A program made the translations under genes and the position numbers. Shown here in pieces: positions 59,780-64,000 of a stretch of DNA of 64,000 nt. Under the pieces are notes generated by a model. The model worked only from the letters and a program-made list of their open reading frames with translations, was not told the origin of the DNA and searched no databases. Positions within the stretch are counted from its first letter, which is position 1. Every line of letters starts with the position of its first letter. Source of the DNA: Torpedo marmorata (Eukaryota); contig OZ360229.1 in NCBI GenBank assembly GCA_977017645.1, positions 103,850,001 through 103,914,000 on the forward strand, in the 5' to 3' direction.

Positions 59780-62700
59780 AAATGGCGCCTTACAGTGGCG
59801 ACTCTTTGCGAGCAGCTCTGACAGGAATAATCAAATATTCTCGTTCAGAACTTCTAAAAATCAAACAAAAAACGAGAAACATAAAATCAAACTTACCTGA
59901 CAACATGGATGTACTAAGATCACTGGCAGACCTTCGAATCGGCAGAATCGGCAGTCTCCGTCGGGCCGCGGGACCTTTAAACAGCTCACGCAAGTTCAAC
60001 AACAACACCGCGGGAGTTTTAAACAGATAGAGAATGGGCCATTTAAACTTCACGGGAGTCGCAGAGAGCAGGCAATCAGCACACTTAAACATCGCGGAGG
60101 ATTTAAAGGGATAGCGCATGGACCATTTAAACACCGTGGGAACTACCAGCAGTGGACCCATGGGCCAGGTAAAGAAGACCCGACCAGGTGGACGCAGAGG
60201 GGGGCTACAGGTCAAGCTGAGATGCGGGGACCTGAAGCTTCCACTCTCTACCATCCTCCTGGCCAACGTACAATCCTTGGAGAACAAACTTGATGAACTC
60301 CAAGCCAGACGTTAACATCAGAGAGTCATCAGGGAGTGCTGCGTGATGTGCTTTACAAAAACATGGCTAAACGCGGACATTCTGGACATGGCACTGCAGC
60401 CCAAGGGCTACACCCTCCATTGCGCTGACCGAACAACGGCGTCTGGAAAAACCAGGGGAGGCGGCGTTTGTGTCATCATCAATTCATCGTGGTGCACAGA
60501 GTGACGGTCATGTCCCAGTCCTGCTCCCCCGACCTGGAACACCTGGCGATCAAGTGTCACCCATTCTACCTGCCGAGGGAGTTCACCACCATCATCCTAG
60601 TCGCAGTGTACATTCCGCCCCAGGCTAACGTCAGGCTGGCACTGGAGGGACTGAGCACTGTGATAAACAGCCATGACACAGCACATCCTGATGCCTTCCT
60701 GATCATTGTGGGAGACATCAATCAGGCCAACCTGAAGAAGTCACTGACAAACTACCACCAACACATCACATGCGAGACAAGGGGAACCAACACACTCGAC
60801 CACTGCTACACCACCATGAAGAACGCATACCGAGCCATACCACGACCACACATCGGCAAGTCTGATCACCTGGTTGTACTTCTACTCCCAGCGTACAAGC
60901 AGAGACTGAAGACCACAGCACCAGTGGTGAGGATGGCGAAAGTATGGTCGATGGAGGCGGAGGAGCGTCTGCAGGACTGCTATGAATCCATAGACCTGAA
61001 TGAATATGCAACAGGTGTCACCGACGTCATCAAGACCTGCGTGGATGAGTGTGTGCCCATGCACAAATACCGGGTGTTCCCCAACCAGAAGCCCTGGATG
61101 AATCAGAGAATTCACAACCTGGTGAGGGTGAAAAGAAGGGCGTTTAAGGCCGGGGATCGGGATCTTTACAAGAAGTCCAGGCACAACCTGCGGAAGGCCA
61201 TCTCTGAAGCAAAGTGGCAATTCCGGAGGAATCTAGAGACAGAGACAGATACACGCCAGCTATGGCAGGGTGTGCAGGCCATTACAGCCTACAAAGCGAG
61301 GGCGAACACTATAGACGGCTGTGATGCTTCACTACCCGATGAGCTGAACACCTTCTATGCTCGCTTTGAGAAGAAGAACCAAACAGTGCCTACTAGAATC
61401 CCTGAAAAGGCTGAGGACTCTGTGATATCTGTCTCTGAGGGCAACAGGCCCTGACGGCGTACCTGGCAGGGTACTGAAAATCTGCGCCAAACAACTAGCC
61501 GGAGAGTTCACGGACATTTTCAACCTCTCATTGCGGCAGTCAGAGGTTCCCACCTGCTTCAAAAGGGCATCAATCATCCCGGTACGCAAGAAGAGTAGTG
61601 TGAGCTGCCTCAACGACTACCGCCCAGTAGCACTAACTTCTACTGTGATGAAATGCTTTGAGAGGCTGGTCATGGCCAGAATTAACACGTACCTAAGCAA
61701 AGATCTGGACCCACTGCATTTCGCCTATCGTCACAATCGCTCCACAGCAGATGCAATATCGCTGGCTTTCCACTCAGCTCTGGATCACCTCGAAAACAGC
61801 AACTCATACATACGGCTGCTCTACATCGACTACAGCTCGGCCTTCAATACCATTATTCTCTCAGTGCTAGACAAGAAGCTACAAACTCTAGGCCTCTGTA
61901 CCACCCTCTGCAACTGGATCCTTGACTTTCTCATTGGAAGACCACAGTCAGTACAAATTAGAAACAACGTCTCCTCCACACTGATTATCAACACAGGCGC
62001 ACCCCAAGGATGCATGCTTAGCCAACTGTTCTACTCGTTATACACCCATGACTGTGTGGCCAGGCACAATTCCAATGCCATCTACAAGTTTGCCGATGAC
62101 ACCACAGTTGTCGGCAGAATCACAAACGGCAATGAGGAAGCGTACAGGAGGGAGATAGATCAGCTCGTTGAATGGTGTAACGACAACAACCTTGCGCTCA
62201 ACGTCAGCAAAATCAAGGAGATGATTGTGGACTTCAGGAGGAAGTCAGGGGAACACAACCCAGTCCTCATCGAGGGCTCAGTAGTGGAGAGGGTCAAGAA
62301 CTTCAAATTGCTGGGTGTCAACATCTCAGAGGATCTGTCCTGGAGCCTCCACGTTGATGCAATCACAAAGAAGGCTTGCCAGCGGCTATACTTTGTGAGG
62401 TGTCTGAGGAGATTCGGAATGTCACCAAAAACTCTCGTAAACTTCTACAGGTGTACCGTGGAGAGCATTCTGGCTGGTTGCATCACTGCCTGGTATGGAG
62501 GCGCCAACTCTCAGGACAAGAATAAACTCCAGAGGGTTGGTAACTCGGCCTGTGACATCACAGGCACCAAACTTCACTCCATCGAGGACATCTACATGAG
62601 GCGGTGTCTTAAAAAAGCAGCCTCTGTCCTCAAAAACCCCCACCACCCAGGCCATGCCCTCTTCACTCTGCTACCATCGGGAAAAAGGTACAGGAGCCTA

Positions 62701-62927
62701 AAGACGAGCACTCAAAGGCACAAGGACAGCTTTTTCCCCGCTGCCATCAGATTCCTGAATAATCAATGAACCAAAAACACTGCCTTACTTTTCGTGCACT
62801 ATTATTTATATTTTTTTTTATAGTAATGTCGTAAGATGGTTATAATATGAATGTGTTCACTATGATACTGCAGCAAAACACCGAATTTCATGACTTGTTC
62901 ATGACAATAAATTCTGATTCTGATTCT
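59780..62927 (+). mobile_element. Near full-length Rex1/Babar-type LINE
   Basis: 5' aaaatggcgcc start, IKYSRSELLKI leader, APE and RT domains, and tail aataaattctgattctgattct. Confidence 0.9.
60238..62769 (+). pseudogene. Rex1/Babar APE endonuclease-reverse transcriptase ORF, disrupted
   Basis: LANVQSLENK, AVYIPP, TLDHCY, KSDH; [29 protein letters not shown]. Stop at 60313 and frameshifts. Confidence 0.92.
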
Positions 62928-63729
62928 AAAAGATTTTGCTTAATGCAGTATCACAACCACTAAACTACTGTACCCAAATGTTTTGAACCAATCTTTGCCA
63001 AGGTAGTGGGAAATAGTTCATTTGAGTTAGAAAATGCAATGGATGAAGTGCAAAATCTTTGGATCTCACATGTATTTTAATAATAATGAGCACTACAAAC
63101 ATAAATAAACAAATTTTCTTACTTTTCTCAGTGTATAAAAACACAGACAGATGTACAGTAAAGATTTATTTATGCAAGGAAAAATTATACATGATCCACA
63201 AAACAGCTGACTGCCAGACATTAACTCAATAAGTCAAAGTATCAATTGAAAAGATGTTCTGATTATTTTTTTTTAACCTTTACAACTATATTTTCGTATC
63301 ATAACATTTTCTGGTAGAAATTGAAGTGTATGGGCAAGTCAGGACACAAGCACCAAAAAACAACCTTCTGAGTATTTACACTATGAATTTTAATTGATTT
63401 ACTTAAACTATGTACCTCCAAATCAAAAATGTACTGAGACAATTAAATATTAGTGCAAGGAAGATGTAATTAAAATTTTGTCTCATCTCTGTTTTGGTCT
63501 CATTCTTCTCAAAATTCTCATTGATGTTTAATTTATGTCAGGTATCAAAATGAACTACAAGGTTATAGAGGATAAATTTATTCTTTGGACAAATGTCAGC
63601 TTATAAAATTGTATTCCACAAATTTCCCATTGCAATTTATTTCATATTTATTTAACAATGAGCCATGGAATGGTTGATATGTCTGATGCCTGACAAAATG
63701 CAGAGAATGCTGCATGATGAAGAAATCAT

Positions 63730-63978
63730 GCATGGTTAGTGTAGCGGTTAGCACAACGCTATTACAGCGCCAGCAATCCCGGTTCAAATCTAGCCCTGTC
63801 TGAAAGGAGTTTGTATGTTCTTATTGTGTCTGCGTGTGTTTCCTCCAGGTTCTCCGGTTTCCTCCCACATTCCAAAGACATACAGGGTTAGTAGGTTAAT
63901 TGGTCACATGGATGTATTTGGGCAGTGTGGGCTCATGGGCCAGAAAGGCCTGTTATCATGCTGTATCTCAAATTTAAA
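63730..63978 (+). mobile_element. HE1-type tRNA-derived V-SINE
   Basis: A box tagtgtagcggttagc, B box ggttcaaatc, V-domain, and tail gggccagaaaggcctgtt; sister of 54620-54870. Confidence 0.88.
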
Positions 63979-64000
63979 ACAAATTGTAAAATAAAGATGG

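Noticed and set aside
63730-63800. tRNA gene (also 54800-54870 on the minus strand)
   Set aside because: The A/B boxes belong to the head of HE1-type SINEs, which continue into a V-domain and LINE-derived tail.

Overview
This is eukaryotic, repeat-dominated DNA, and I recognise no host-gene exon in it. HE1-type SINEs, CR1 LINEs with HE1-like tails and a DeuSINE point to a cartilaginous fish (inference). Family assignments come from motifs read by eye. The window holds one near full-length CR1 LINE plus fragments, one near full-length Rex1/Babar-type LINE plus fragments, and three Gypsy LTR retrotransposons with 5-bp TSDs, one nested inside another inside a LINE. It also has three solo LTRs, a pogo (DD35D, POGK-like) DNA transposon, a related non-autonomous element carrying a 241-bp hairpin, and Penelope-type foldback elements with hammerhead-like cores. 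The most unusual object is a young BEL/Pao LTR element at 25403-31233. It lacks RT, RNase H and the integrase core but keeps an uninterrupted 1238-aa ORF. In that ORF, Gag and protease are fused to an N-terminal SAFB/SLTM-like SAP domain and to C-terminal segments resembling the vertebrate protein MIPOL1. Those host matches are from recall and need BLAST. A second theme is that none of the full-length LTR elements has a tRNA-type primer-binding site. Instead the sequence after each 5' LTR is complementary to a segment of its own LTR, with compensatory changes between the two Gypsy families.
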